Source of the DNA: an uncultured Clostridia bacterium
GTDB lineage: Bacteria > Bacillota > Clostridia > TANB77 > CAG-508
Direction: 5' to 3'
Assembly (NCBI GenBank): GCA_947625645.1
Contig: CANQPE010000002.1
Coordinates: 22,981-86,980 of the forward strand
Length of the DNA stretch: 64,000 nucleotides
The position numbers and the translations under genes were made by a program. This document shows positions 37,883 through 47,593 of the stretch, piece after piece (the stretch's first letter is position 1; each line of letters opens with the position of its first letter). The notes under the pieces are model-generated. The model saw only the letters and a list, made by a program, of their open reading frames with translations, made no database searches and was not told the DNA's origin.

Positions 37883-38026
37883 TTTCGTTATTATTATTAT
37901 ACTTGATTACAAGTATGGAAATGATAAACATTCAAAAGAAAAGGGGGATAGACAAAAGAAATATCGTTTGATAACGACCAATGTGAGAAAAACACAGGAA
38001 GAAATTAAAATTTAGGAGGTAAAAAA

Positions 38027-38632
38027 ATGAAAAAGAATCAAAAAGGTATTACACTAGTAGCCTTAGTAATTACAATCATTGTATTATTAATTCTTGCAGG
38101 TGTAACAATTGCATCACTAGCAGGTGAAAACGGATTATTAACAAGGAGTTCAAAGGCAGTTAATGCTAATACAACAGGAACGAAAAAAGAACAAGTAGTA
38201 TTATCCTACGACACAGCATCAGGAGCATATTATGATGCAAAATACGTAGACAATTCTGTAACCAATATTGCTCCAAATGGAACAATTACAAAAATAGAAC
38301 CTACGGCATATATTGTTAAGCAATTATTAAAAGATGCCGATTTTACAGAGGTAGCAGGTATCTATGACAGTGACGAGACAAATGCTAAAGAGTATGTTAT
38401 TAAAGATGCTTCTGGAAAAGTTAATGGAAAAGACTTTGACGGCACCTCACAAGAGGAAGTTCCAGACAATTTAACATCAGCTTGGATTCGTTTAAAAGGT
38501 TCTGTAAGACGCGATGCAAATGAAAACGAATATACTGGTAAAAATGGATTAATTCAAGTTCAAATTAAAAATCAAGGGAATGCTTCTATGCTAGCTAAAC
38601 CTTGGTCAGATGAAAAACCATTACCAGAATAA
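38027..38632 (+). CDS. Type IV (pseudo)pilin-like protein, copy 1
   Basis: Class III signal MKKNQKG|ITLVALVITIIVLLILAGV (positive leader, G at -1, hydrophobic helix) but Ala rather than Glu at +5; RBS TTAGGAGGTAAAAAAATG. Confidence 0.55.
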   Translation: MKKNQKGITLVALVITIIVLLILAGVTIASLAGENGLLTRSSKAVNANTTGTKKEQVVLSYDTASGAYYDAKYVDNSVTNIAPNGTITKIEPTAYIVKQLLKDADFTEVAGIYDSDETNAKEYVIKDASGKVNGKDFDGTSQEEVPDNLTSAWIRLKGSVRRDANENEYTGKNGLIQVQIKNQGNASMLAKPWSDEKPLPE

Positions 38633-38673
38633 GATGCACTAGCAGATAAAAACAAATATTAGGAGGTAAAAAA

Positions 38674-39273
38674 ATGAAAAAGAATCAAAAAGGTATTACA
38701 CTAGTAGCACTAGTCATTACGATTATTGTATTATTAATCCTTGCGGGTGTAACAATAGCATCTTTAGCAGGTGAAAACGGATTATTAACCAGAAGCTCAA
38801 AGGCGGTTAATGCTAACACAACAGGAACGAAAAAAGAACAAGTAGTATTATCCTATGACACAGCATCAGGTGCTTACTATGATGCAAAATATGTAGACAA
38901 CTCTGTCACAAACATTGATCCAGATGGAACCATTACTAAGATTGAACCAACTGCATATATTATTAAACAATTATTGGCTGATAATGACTTCATGGAGGTA
39001 GCTGGTGTTTATGATGGACCAAAAACTACATCAAAAGAATATGTAAAAGATTCAGCTGGTGAAAATCAAGTTAAACTAACAGATGACATTAAAGAAGCTT
39101 GGATTCGATTAAGAGGTTCTGTACAACGTGATGCAAATGAAAATGAAAAAACAGGACAAGCAGGATTAATTCAAATTAAAATTAAAAACCAAGGAAATGC
39201 TTCTATGTTAGCTAAACCTTGGTCAGATGAGACAGGATTTGAATATGAAGCAAGTGAAAAAGAATCAACATAG
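38674..39273 (+). CDS. Type IV (pseudo)pilin-like protein, copy 2 (tandem paralog)
   Basis: First ~85 aa and last ~40 aa nearly identical to copy 1, centre divergent; identical RBS. Confidence 0.55.
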   Translation: MKKNQKGITLVALVITIIVLLILAGVTIASLAGENGLLTRSSKAVNANTTGTKKEQVVLSYDTASGAYYDAKYVDNSVTNIDPDGTITKIEPTAYIIKQLLADNDFMEVAGVYDGPKTTSKEYVKDSAGENQVKLTDDIKEAWIRLRGSVQRDANENEKTGQAGLIQIKIKNQGNASMLAKPWSDETGFEYEASEKEST

Positions 39274-39366
39274 TAAATAATATTTTAAAGTAAACGACAA
39301 ACTTTAGGCATATACACACATATGTATATGCCTAAAAGTTTAAAAAAAGGGGAAACGGAACAAAAA

Positions 39367-40170
39367 ATGGAATACCTATTTTATTTATTTATTTTTATCA
39401 TTGGTATTGTATTTGGCAGTTTCTATACGTTAGCTGTATACCGCATACCAAAAAAAGAAGATATTTTACATACACATTCCTATTGCCCAGAATGTCAGCA
39501 TAAACTAGGGTTTTTGGATTTAATCCCTTTGTTTAGTTATGCCTTTTTACGTGGCAAATGTCGCTATTGTGGCAAAAAGATTCGTCCCCGTTATTTTATT
39601 ATCGAATTTATTTCAGGGTGTTTTTTTGTGGCACTTGCGTACCTAATGAAATTTAATGTGGAAAATCTAACGGCGATAAAAGCAATAGACTTCTCTTTTA
39701 TGGTACTATATTTCACATATATTATTTTAATGGCAGGAATTGATAAAGAAAATAGGCAGATTCAAAAAGGTGTTAATATTTATGGAATTGCAATATCGAT
39801 TGGATATATGATATATCTATACATAATAGAAGAACCTAGTATTTATAGATATGGTATATATTTAATGTTTAGCATTGTTTGTTTAGGACTTGACAGCATT
39901 ACATTCCGAAAATATGCAAAACACACATACATATATGGACTCATTATCACTACAATTATTATGGCAATTTTTACAGGTGAATTTGTCATGTATGAAACAG
40001 TTCTTACGGTATTATTAGCAATTGCAATCTATGTAGCCATCAAAAAAATACAAAATAAAAGGAAGAAAGATAAAGAACCTGTATTTCAAAAAATGCAAAT
40101 TGGCTATATGCTAGGAATTGCAAACATTGCATTTTTCTTATTTGTTATGTTTTGCCAACGTACTTTCTAA
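39367..40170 (+). CDS. pilD: Prepilin peptidase (A24 family, PilD-like) with N-terminal Cys4 zinc motif
   Basis: CPECQHKL...GKCRYCGKKI, polytopic A24 peptidase domain. Confidence 0.8.
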   Translation: MEYLFYLFIFIIGIVFGSFYTLAVYRIPKKEDILHTHSYCPECQHKLGFLDLIPLFSYAFLRGKCRYCGKKIRPRYFIIEFISGCFFVALAYLMKFNVENLTAIKAIDFSFMVLYFTYIILMAGIDKENRQIQKGVNIYGIAISIGYMIYLYIIEEPSIYRYGIYLMFSIVCLGLDSITFRKYAKHTYIYGLIITTIIMAIFTGEFVMYETVLTVLLAIAIYVAIKKIQNKRKKDKEPVFQKMQIGYMLGIANIAFFLFVMFCQRTF

Positions 40171-40190
40171 GCAAGGAGGAAAATAGAAGA

Positions 40191-40643
40191 ATGAAACAAA
40201 AACTCAAGTGTGAAAAAGGAATTACCAATGCAGATATCGTCATTGCAGTTATTCTTGTTACGCTATTTATTGGATTATTGGCAACAATGACCAATATGAT
40301 TCAAAGAGATGCAAAAAAAACACAACGTGAAGAACAAGCAATGAGTTATGCAATTGAATTGATAGAATTGGCAAAATCACAAGACTTTAGTGTATATCCA
40401 AAACTAGGTAGCCAAAAAATACAAGATGTAGAAGAATTGCAAGATGGTTATATCGTAGATAAGAATCATAATACTCCTACACCATTTTATAAGACGATTA
40501 CCGTTCAAGATATTTCAGAATTTTCTGCCCATATTGATAAACAACCAGAAATCATGAAAAAAATTACGGTAACCATATCGTATCAGCAAGATAATGAAGA
40601 AAAAAATGTGACATTAACTACCTATGTCACCAAGGAGGGCTAG
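40191..40643 (+). CDS. Minor pilin-like protein
   Basis: MKQKLKCEKG|ITNADIVIAVILVTLFIGLL class III-like signal; AAGGAGG RBS. Confidence 0.5.
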   Translation: MKQKLKCEKGITNADIVIAVILVTLFIGLLATMTNMIQRDAKKTQREEQAMSYAIELIELAKSQDFSVYPKLGSQKIQDVEELQDGYIVDKNHNTPTPFYKTITVQDISEFSAHIDKQPEIMKKITVTISYQQDNEEKNVTLTTYVTKEG

Positions 40644-40644
40644 C

Positions 40645-41100
40645 ATGAAAAGTGAAAGAGGTGTTACAACAACAACTGTTATTGTATATGTCATTATTTT
40701 AACAGTCGTGATTTCCATGATGTCAGTGATAACCGGTTTTTTTAGAAGTGGCATACGCAAGAGTTTGCAAAAAAATATCAGCGCAGACCGTTACATTACA
40801 TTTGCTAGTTATTTTATCCAAGATATTCAGCAAAAAGGAAATGAAGTGTTAGCGGCAGAAGAAGTTAAAGATACAGACGGGAACCGCGTTTGTTATATCC
40901 AATTTTCAAATGGTAATTTGTATCAATTTTCTGAAGCAAACAAAGAGATTTATTTAAACCAAATAACAATTTGTGAAGATGTGGATTATTGTCGTTTTGT
41001 GCATATCACACCAAAAGAGGGAAAAGAAAAAGTGGAAGTACATTTTGCAGCAGGTGATTTCGAAAGATTAAATGAAAACCCTGTGGTTTTCTATATGTAA
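40645..41100 (+). CDS. Minor pilin-like protein
   Basis: MKSERG|VTTTTVIVYVIILTVVISMM class III-like signal; AAGGAGGG RBS. Confidence 0.5.
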   Translation: MKSERGVTTTTVIVYVIILTVVISMMSVITGFFRSGIRKSLQKNISADRYITFASYFIQDIQQKGNEVLAAEEVKDTDGNRVCYIQFSNGNLYQFSEANKEIYLNQITICEDVDYCRFVHITPKEGKEKVEVHFAAGDFERLNENPVVFYM

Positions 41101-41196
41101 TTTTTGGAAACATGCGAAAAAGCTACAAAAATAAATTAAAATGTAGTATAATATAGTAGAGGATAAATTCCTGCCACAAAAGAAAGGAGAAAAAAT

Positions 41197-42840
41197 ATGG
41201 ATATTCGTAGAAAACAACCAATGGGAGTAGAATTAGTAAAAAAGGGGATTGTGAAAGAAAGTGACATAGAAAGGGCTTTGCAATTCCAAAGGGAACATCC
41301 AAGTATGAAGATTGGAGACATTTTATATGCATTAGATGTATGTGAACCGACAGTATTAATTAATGCAATTGCAGACATTGTAGGAGCAAAAGGTATTTTA
41401 TTAACCAATAATTTAATTAAAATCAACATAGAGGATTATTTGCCAAAAGATGTAGCGAAAAACAACAAAGCCATTCCATTTGATGTTTCAGATGGAAAGA
41501 TAAAGGTATGTTTTCCAAACAATATTGAAATGAAAAAAATGGAAAATATTCGTCGTTTAATGCTAAATAGAGGGTTAATTTTAGACCCATATGTTACCTT
41601 TTCACAACAAATTGATAAAATTTTGGCCTCATTAGATGGCAATGTGAGTGAAGAAATTACGAAATCTGGAAACAGTGATAGTACATCCATTACAGAGTTG
41701 GTTGATAATATTATTACAACAGGAATTGAAAGACGTGCCAGTGATATACATATTGAGCCATTACAAGATGAAGTAAGGGTTCGTTACCGTGTAGATGGTG
41801 AGCTATATGTTGCAGCAACCATTAAGAAAAATAAGCAACAACAATTAATTGGAAGATTAAAAGCCATTTCCAATATGCATCAAGAAAAACAAGAGTCACA
41901 AGATGGTAGAATTACAACGTATGAAAATTATAATATTCGTGTATCTTCACAACCTAATATTTATGGTGAAAAATTTGTGTTAAGGTTATTGAAGAAGAAT
42001 ACGGACATTCGTAGTATTTTTGAATTAGGGTACCCAGGGGACGACGAAAGTGTTCGTAAGAGCTTTAACAAGAAAAATAGTATTACCATTATTGCAGCAC
42101 CAACAGGAGAAGGTAAAACAACAACATTGTACAGTATTATCGATTTTCTAAATCGACCAGAAATTAATATTACAACCATAGAAGACCCAGTAGAAATTCG
42201 TATTAGAGGATTAAACCAAATTGAAATCGGACCAAAAGCAACATTTTCAAATTCATTAAGAACGGTTTTAAGACAAGACCCAGACGTCGTATTGGTAGGA
42301 GAAATCCGTGACATTGAAACAGCAGAAATTGCAGTGCAAGCAGGTCAAACAGGACACTATGTGCTTTCAACCATTCACACCATTGACAGTATTGAAGTTA
42401 TTAACCGTTTAAGAAAAATGGGAGTTTCAGACTATGACATTGGAAGTATTTTAGCAACATGTGTATCAGAAAGATTAATCAGAAGAGTTTGTCCACATTG
42501 CAAAAGAGAAAGAGAATTTTCAGCACAAGAAAAAGAAATTATGACAAAATTAATGGAACGCTATGGCGAGACCATCAATTTTGAAGGGAAAAAGACGTAT
42601 GATGCAGTTGGTTGTGACTATTGCAACAATACAGGTTTCTATGAAAGAATTGGTATTTTTGAAATTCTAGATATTACAGATGATATTCGAGAACTAATTG
42701 TCAATGGCGCTTCTAACTTGGAAATTCGTAGAAAAGCATTAGCATTAGGTTACCGTCCACTTGTTGTAGATGGTGTTCGTAAAGTGTTAGATGGTGTTAC
42801 CACATTAGATGAGTTAAATAATAAATTACTATTATATTAA
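41197..42840 (+). CDS. pilB: Type IV pilus assembly ATPase PilB (GspE family)
   Basis: T2SSE N-domain, Walker A AAPTGEGKTTT, Asp/His boxes, CxxC...CxxC tetracysteine motif. Confidence 0.85.
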   Translation: MDIRRKQPMGVELVKKGIVKESDIERALQFQREHPSMKIGDILYALDVCEPTVLINAIADIVGAKGILLTNNLIKINIEDYLPKDVAKNNKAIPFDVSDGKIKVCFPNNIEMKKMENIRRLMLNRGLILDPYVTFSQQIDKILASLDGNVSEEITKSGNSDSTSITELVDNIITTGIERRASDIHIEPLQDEVRVRYRVDGELYVAATIKKNKQQQLIGRLKAISNMHQEKQESQDGRITTYENYNIRVSSQPNIYGEKFVLRLLKKNTDIRSIFELGYPGDDESVRKSFNKKNSITIIAAPTGEGKTTTLYSIIDFLNRPEINITTIEDPVEIRIRGLNQIEIGPKATFSNSLRTVLRQDPDVVLVGEIRDIETAEIAVQAGQTGHYVLSTIHTIDSIEVINRLRKMGVSDYDIGSILATCVSERLIRRVCPHCKREREFSAQEKEIMTKLMERYGETINFEGKKTYDAVGCDYCNNTGFYERIGIFEILDITDDIRELIVNGASNLEIRRKALALGYRPLVVDGVRKVLDGVTTLDELNNKLLLY

Positions 42841-42862
42841 ACAAAAGAAAGGGTTGAAATAT

Positions 42863-43963
42863 ATGATAAACATGGAAAAAATATTAGACCAAGTGATTGC
42901 AAGAGATGCTTCAGATGTGCACTTGGTTGCAGGAAATAAACCATTACTTAGAATTGCTAGAGAATTACTTCCCATAGAGGAAGAATCAGTTTTAACACCA
43001 GATGATATGAACGAAATCTACGATTATTTAGTAAGAGGAAATCTAGATAAAGATACCGTATTCCACGACACAAGAAAGCTAGATACTTCTTGCGAATATG
43101 CAGGAGTCCGTTTTAGGGTGAATATATCTAACGCATTTGACGTACCTGTATGTACATTAAGGTTAATCAAAAATGAGTTACCATCGTTTGAGGAGTTAGG
43201 TGTTCCAGATGTGGTTAGAAGAATGACAATGCAACCACAAGGATTAATGTTGGTAACTGGTAAGACAAACTCTGGTAAAACAACAACATTAAATGCACTT
43301 ATTAATGATATTAATGAAACGCAAAACCGCAAAATATTAACACTTGAGAACCCAGTAGAATTTAGGCATCATTCTAAAAGGTCTTTAATTGTCCAAAAAG
43401 AAGTAGGAAAAGGGCAAGACTCTTTAACCTTTAGTGATGGTGTTAAAAATGCCCTAAGAGAAGACTGCGACATTTTGGTTATCGGAGAGGTTAGAGACAA
43501 AGTTACGATGGAAGCTGCAATTGAAATGGCAGAGTCAGGACACTTGGTAATTGGAACTTTACATACAAAATCTTGTGCAGAAACCATAGACAGAATGATT
43601 AACTTCTATGAAGTGCGTGACCAAGCAAGTATTAAATACCTATTATCGGCTTTATTAAAGCTTGTTGTATCACAAAGGTTACTTCGTGGAAGAGATGGAA
43701 AATTAGTGTTAATTCCTGAAGTCATGGTGGTAGATAACATTGTGGCAGGTATTATTCGAAAAGAAAAAATCAGTGTTTCAGAAATTGAAGATGCCATACA
43801 AAGTAATTTAGATAAAGGTAGTGTCGGTCTCATTAATTCATTGGCACAGGCTTTTGTGGATGATAAAATTACTTTGGAACAAGCAAAATCACAATTAGAG
43901 GATAAAAATATAGAAGTATTAAACAGAACGATTATGCAATTAAAAATTAAAAGAGGGAAATAA
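42863..43963 (+). CDS. pilT: Twitching-motility retraction ATPase PilT
   Basis: Walker A TGKTNSGKTTT, PilT size ~365 aa, GTLHT motif. Confidence 0.85.
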   Translation: MINMEKILDQVIARDASDVHLVAGNKPLLRIARELLPIEEESVLTPDDMNEIYDYLVRGNLDKDTVFHDTRKLDTSCEYAGVRFRVNISNAFDVPVCTLRLIKNELPSFEELGVPDVVRRMTMQPQGLMLVTGKTNSGKTTTLNALINDINETQNRKILTLENPVEFRHHSKRSLIVQKEVGKGQDSLTFSDGVKNALREDCDILVIGEVRDKVTMEAAIEMAESGHLVIGTLHTKSCAETIDRMINFYEVRDQASIKYLLSALLKLVVSQRLLRGRDGKLVLIPEVMVVDNIVAGIIRKEKISVSEIEDAIQSNLDKGSVGLINSLAQAFVDDKITLEQAKSQLEDKNIEVLNRTIMQLKIKRGK

Positions 43964-44012
43964 GAAAGGAGCAGATGTCAGCTGGGTTTGAGCTAACATC
44001 TAACTAGGAACT

Positions 44013-45353
44013 ATGGCCGTATATATATATAAAGCAATGACAAAGTCAGGGTTAATTGTTAGAAATAGAGTAGAAGCACCGACAAAAGGTACATTAATTA
44101 ATATGTTGAAAAACAATGAATTAATGCCAATTAGCATAGATAAGATGCCTTATGGAAAAAAGAAGCCACGTGTAAAACAGAAGAAAAATATAGAAGAAAG
44201 AGAATATCTTAAAAACTTAAATACAACCAGTATTGAAACAACGAATAGATTTTCTATGAGGGAAAAAATTACAATGTACCTAGCCCAATCCAAAAGGATT
44301 ACACCTAGGGACTTGGTGGTATTTACGCAAAATTTCTATTTGCTAAAAAAAGCAAACTTCAATAATATTCATGCTTTGAGGACGATTTTAGACAGTACAG
44401 AAAACTACATTTTCAAGCAAATTATAGAAGATATTTTGGCTGGTGTGGAAGCTGGGGAAAACATGTATACAACAATGGAATATTATGAAGATGTGTTTCC
44501 TTATATCTATATCAACATGATTAAAGTAGGAGAGTTGTCTGGGTCTTTAACAAACTCATTGGAGCAAGCCGTAAAATATTTAGACGATAACAACGCAATG
44601 AATAAAAAGTTAAGGAATATTTTAATTCCAAATTTGATTCAGTTTATTTTATTGATTGTGATGTTAGTGGTTGGTACACTTGTTGCCATACCAGCAATTC
44701 AAGGCGTTTATGAAGAATTGGGAACCAAAGATACTTTACCAGCAATTACATTATGGTTCCAAGGCGTTATGAATGTTGCCATCAAATTTTGGTACATACC
44801 TGTTATCGTTTTGGTGGGAATTGCAGCAGCAATTATTACATATATAAGTACACCAAAAGGTCACTATAACTTTGATTACTTGAAATATAAAATGCCTGTT
44901 TTTGGAGAATTGATTTTTGCGATTGATTTTTCAAGATTGATGAAGGCCATGCTGTTAAACTTACAAAATGGTATGCGTATTCAAGAAGCACTAGAAGTAA
45001 GTAAAAACGTTGTGAAAAACCGTGTTATGCGTTCTATTATAGATGTATCTTCTAACAACATATTAATTGGATCTTCTTGGATAGAACCATTCGAAAAATC
45101 AGGGCTATGTAAGCCAATGATAACCGAAATGTTGAAAATCGGTATGAGAACAGACTTAACCGAAATGATGGAAAAATTAGTAGAATATATGCAAATTGAT
45201 ATTGATGACATTATGACCAAGGTTATGAAAGCATTACCACAAATTGTGTATGCAATTGTAGGAGTTGTGTTAATCTTCTTCGTTATTGTTGTACTTGTAC
45301 CTTGCGTTCAAGTATATATGGGTAACTTCTTGTTCTCCGCTTACCTTGAGTAG
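44013..45353 (+). CDS. pilC: Type IV pilus inner-membrane platform protein PilC (GspF family)
   Basis: Two GspF-like repeats, three TM segments. Confidence 0.8.
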   Translation: MAVYIYKAMTKSGLIVRNRVEAPTKGTLINMLKNNELMPISIDKMPYGKKKPRVKQKKNIEEREYLKNLNTTSIETTNRFSMREKITMYLAQSKRITPRDLVVFTQNFYLLKKANFNNIHALRTILDSTENYIFKQIIEDILAGVEAGENMYTTMEYYEDVFPYIYINMIKVGELSGSLTNSLEQAVKYLDDNNAMNKKLRNILIPNLIQFILLIVMLVVGTLVAIPAIQGVYEELGTKDTLPAITLWFQGVMNVAIKFWYIPVIVLVGIAAAIITYISTPKGHYNFDYLKYKMPVFGELIFAIDFSRLMKAMLLNLQNGMRIQEALEVSKNVVKNRVMRSIIDVSSNNILIGSSWIEPFEKSGLCKPMITEMLKIGMRTDLTEMMEKLVEYMQIDIDDIMTKVMKALPQIVYAIVGVVLIFFVIVVLVPCVQVYMGNFLFSAYLE

Positions 45354-45359
45354 TGTCTT

Positions 45360-45457
45360 GGGACAATTAGGGACGTTTCTTTTTTGTCCCTCAGGAACAA
45401 TTGGGGACAGACCTTTGGAGCATGGGGGACAAAAAAGAAACGTCCCTAATTGTCCCC
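45360..45457. repeat. Palindromic repeat element copy 7, long form (cgtttc arm variant, 35-nt internal insert)
   Basis: gggacaattagggacgtttcttttttgtccc ... gggacaaaaaagaaacgtccctaattgtccc; the insert contains a half-site-like ggaacaattgggga. Confidence 0.85.
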
Positions 45458-45475
45458 GAAAAGAAAGGAAGAAAT

Positions 45476-46399
45476 ATGAAGGAAGAGAAAAAGGCTACGC
45501 GCCAAAGCTATGGAGAGGCGTTAGTAGATTTGGGAAAACAAAATCCGAATATTGTTGTATTAGATGCAGATTTAGCAAGTGCCACAAAAACAGAATTGTT
45601 TGCCAAGGCATATCCTGACCGTTTTTTTGATATGGGAATTGCGGAAGCAGATATGATGTCAACCGCTGCAGGAATGGCCACTTGTGGCAAAATTCCATAT
45701 GCAAGTACATTTGCTATGTTTGCCGCAGGAAGGGCATATGACCAAATACGAAATAGTATTTGTTACCCAGAATTACCAGTTAAAATTTGTGCAACCCATG
45801 CAGGAATTACCGTAGGGGAAGATGGAGCAACCCATCAAATGATAGAAGACCTATCTTTAATGCGTACATTACCCAATATGACAGTTTTGTCAGTAAGTGA
45901 TGATGTACAAACAAAGTGGGCTGTAAAGGAAATAGCAAATTTACAAGGTCCAGTATATTTACGTTTATCTCGATTAGCAACCAATGTGCTATATGAAGAA
46001 AATCAAGTATTTGAAATTGGAAAAGCTGTGCAATGGGGCAATGGAACAGACGGTACCATTTTTAGTACAGGTGTGACAGTGGCCGAAAGTCTAAAGGCAC
46101 AAGAGCAGTTAGAACAAAAAGGAATCCATGTCAGAGTGGTAGATATGCATACCATAAAGCCAATTGATAAAGATATGATTATTAAGGCGGCAAAAGAAAC
46201 AAAACGCCTTGTTTCTGTAGAAGACCATAATGTGATAGGAGGTTTAGGTAGTGCAATAGCAGAAGTTTTAACAGAATATGAACCCAAACATTTTATTCGA
46301 TTGGGTATTCCAGATACCTTTGGAAAATCTGGAAAAGCAGTGGAATTGATGAAATTTTTTGGCATCACAGCAGATAATATTATGAAGCAGTGGAGCTAG
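45476..46399 (+). CDS. Transketolase C-terminal subunit (pyrimidine-binding and C-terminal domains), orphan
   Basis: IAEADMMSTAAGMATCGKIPYASTFAMFAAGRAYDQIRNSI; no N-terminal TPP-binding subunit gene adjacent; the ORF-track start at 45401 runs through the repeat. Confidence 0.8.
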   Translation: MKEEKKATRQSYGEALVDLGKQNPNIVVLDADLASATKTELFAKAYPDRFFDMGIAEADMMSTAAGMATCGKIPYASTFAMFAAGRAYDQIRNSICYPELPVKICATHAGITVGEDGATHQMIEDLSLMRTLPNMTVLSVSDDVQTKWAVKEIANLQGPVYLRLSRLATNVLYEENQVFEIGKAVQWGNGTDGTIFSTGVTVAESLKAQEQLEQKGIHVRVVDMHTIKPIDKDMIIKAAKETKRLVSVEDHNVIGGLGSAIAEVLTEYEPKHFIRLGIPDTFGKSGKAVELMKFFGITADNIMKQWS

Positions 46400-46462
46400 G
46401 GACAATTAGGGACGTATCTTTTTTGTCCCAATTGGACAAAAAAGATACGTCCCTAATTGTTC
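46399..46462. repeat. Palindromic repeat element copy 8, short form
   Basis: Arms as in the family, loop aatt; starts at the last base of the tkt stop codon. Confidence 0.9.
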
Positions 46463-46488
46463 CAAAATAGAAAGGATGGGAATGAAAA

Positions 46489-46722
46489 ATGGAAAATAAA
46501 CAAGAAAAAATGGGAGAAAAAGTGGTAAACACAGTGCAAAAGGCAAGTGTGATTATCTCTGGAAAAATTGAAGAAATGAAAGGAACTAATCCAGAAAAAG
46601 CAACATATTATACACAAAATCTACAACAAATACATGAAAAAGTCAATAATGAATTACTTGGTTCAGAAGTGATTGAAATATTAGATACAATTATCAATAT
46701 GCAAAGTGATTTATTATTATAA
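46489..46722 (+). CDS. Hypothetical 77-aa protein
   Basis: ORF only; no recognisable motif. Confidence 0.25.
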   Translation: MENKQEKMGEKVVNTVQKASVIISGKIEEMKGTNPEKATYYTQNLQQIHEKVNNELLGSEVIEILDTIINMQSDLLL

Positions 46723-46906
46723 AGAGTAGTAATTAGTTGAAAAAAAGAGTAAAAAAGTAAAATATGGAAAAAAAACAAAATATTCCACTGTTTTTTTGGG
46801 AAAGAGGTATTGCAAAAAAGAGCATTTATTGGTATGATAAAAGCAGAAAGTAGTAAAAATCTCTTTCCCAATTTGATTTTGCATCTTAAGAAGGGATGGA
46901 ATAAAA

Positions 46907-47593
46907 ATGATAGAGTTTAGAAATGTAAGTAAAACATACGATACAGGCACAGATGCCGTAAAAAATGCAAACTTTATAATTGAAAAAGGAGAGTTTGCGT
47001 TTTTAGTAGGTACCTCAGGAAGTGGAAAATCAACGTTAATTAAACTCATATTAAAAGAAGAAGAACCAACATCAGGAAATATCATTATTAATGGAAAGGA
47101 TACTACCTATTTGAAACCAAGCCGAATCCCATATTTAAGAAGAAGTATGGGCGTGGTTTTTCAAGACTTTAGGCTATTGCCAGATAAAACGGTATATGAC
47201 AATGTGGCATATGCAATGTATATTGTAAGAGCAACGCCGAGACACATAAGAAGGCAAGTACCAATGATATTATCTATGGTGGGGTTGAGTCATAAAGCAA
47301 AAATGTATCCCAATGAATTATCTGGAGGAGAACAACAAAGAGTAGCGCTTGCCAGGGCGTTAGTCAATTCTCCCTCTATGTTGATTGCAGATGAGCCAAC
47401 AGGAAATCTAGACCCAGAAACAGCATGGGACATTATGACATTATTAAATGAAATTAATATGAGGGGAACAACCGTTGTTGTGGCAACACATGCGAAAGAT
47501 ATCGTTGATAAAATGAAAAAAAGAGTGATCCATATTCAAAATGGCAATATCGTACGAGATGACAAAAAAGGTGGGTATGATTATGAAATATAA
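46907..47593 (+). CDS. ftsE: Cell-division ABC transporter ATP-binding protein FtsE
   Basis: Walker A GTSGSGKST, LSGGEQQR signature, Walker B LIADEPTGNLD. Confidence 0.9.
   Translation: MIEFRNVSKTYDTGTDAVKNANFIIEKGEFAFLVGTSGSGKSTLIKLILKEEEPTSGNIIINGKDTTYLKPSRIPYLRRSMGVVFQDFRLLPDKTVYDNVAYAMYIVRATPRHIRRQVPMILSMVGLSHKAKMYPNELSGGEQQRVALARALVNSPSMLIADEPTGNLDPETAWDIMTLLNEINMRGTTVVVATHAKDIVDKMKKRVIHIQNGNIVRDDKKGGYDYEI

Noticed and set aside
37701-38015. 104-aa ORF overlapping the end of 37397..37882
   Set aside because: Alternative frame of a Thr/Gly-rich repeat region; no RBS and overlaps a better-supported gene.
45286-45618. 110-aa ORF spanning the pilC end and the repeat element
   Set aside because: Its sequence is a translation of element copy 7 (…GQLGTYLFCPSGTIGDRPLEHGGQKRNVP…). 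It overlaps two real genes and shows no protein features.
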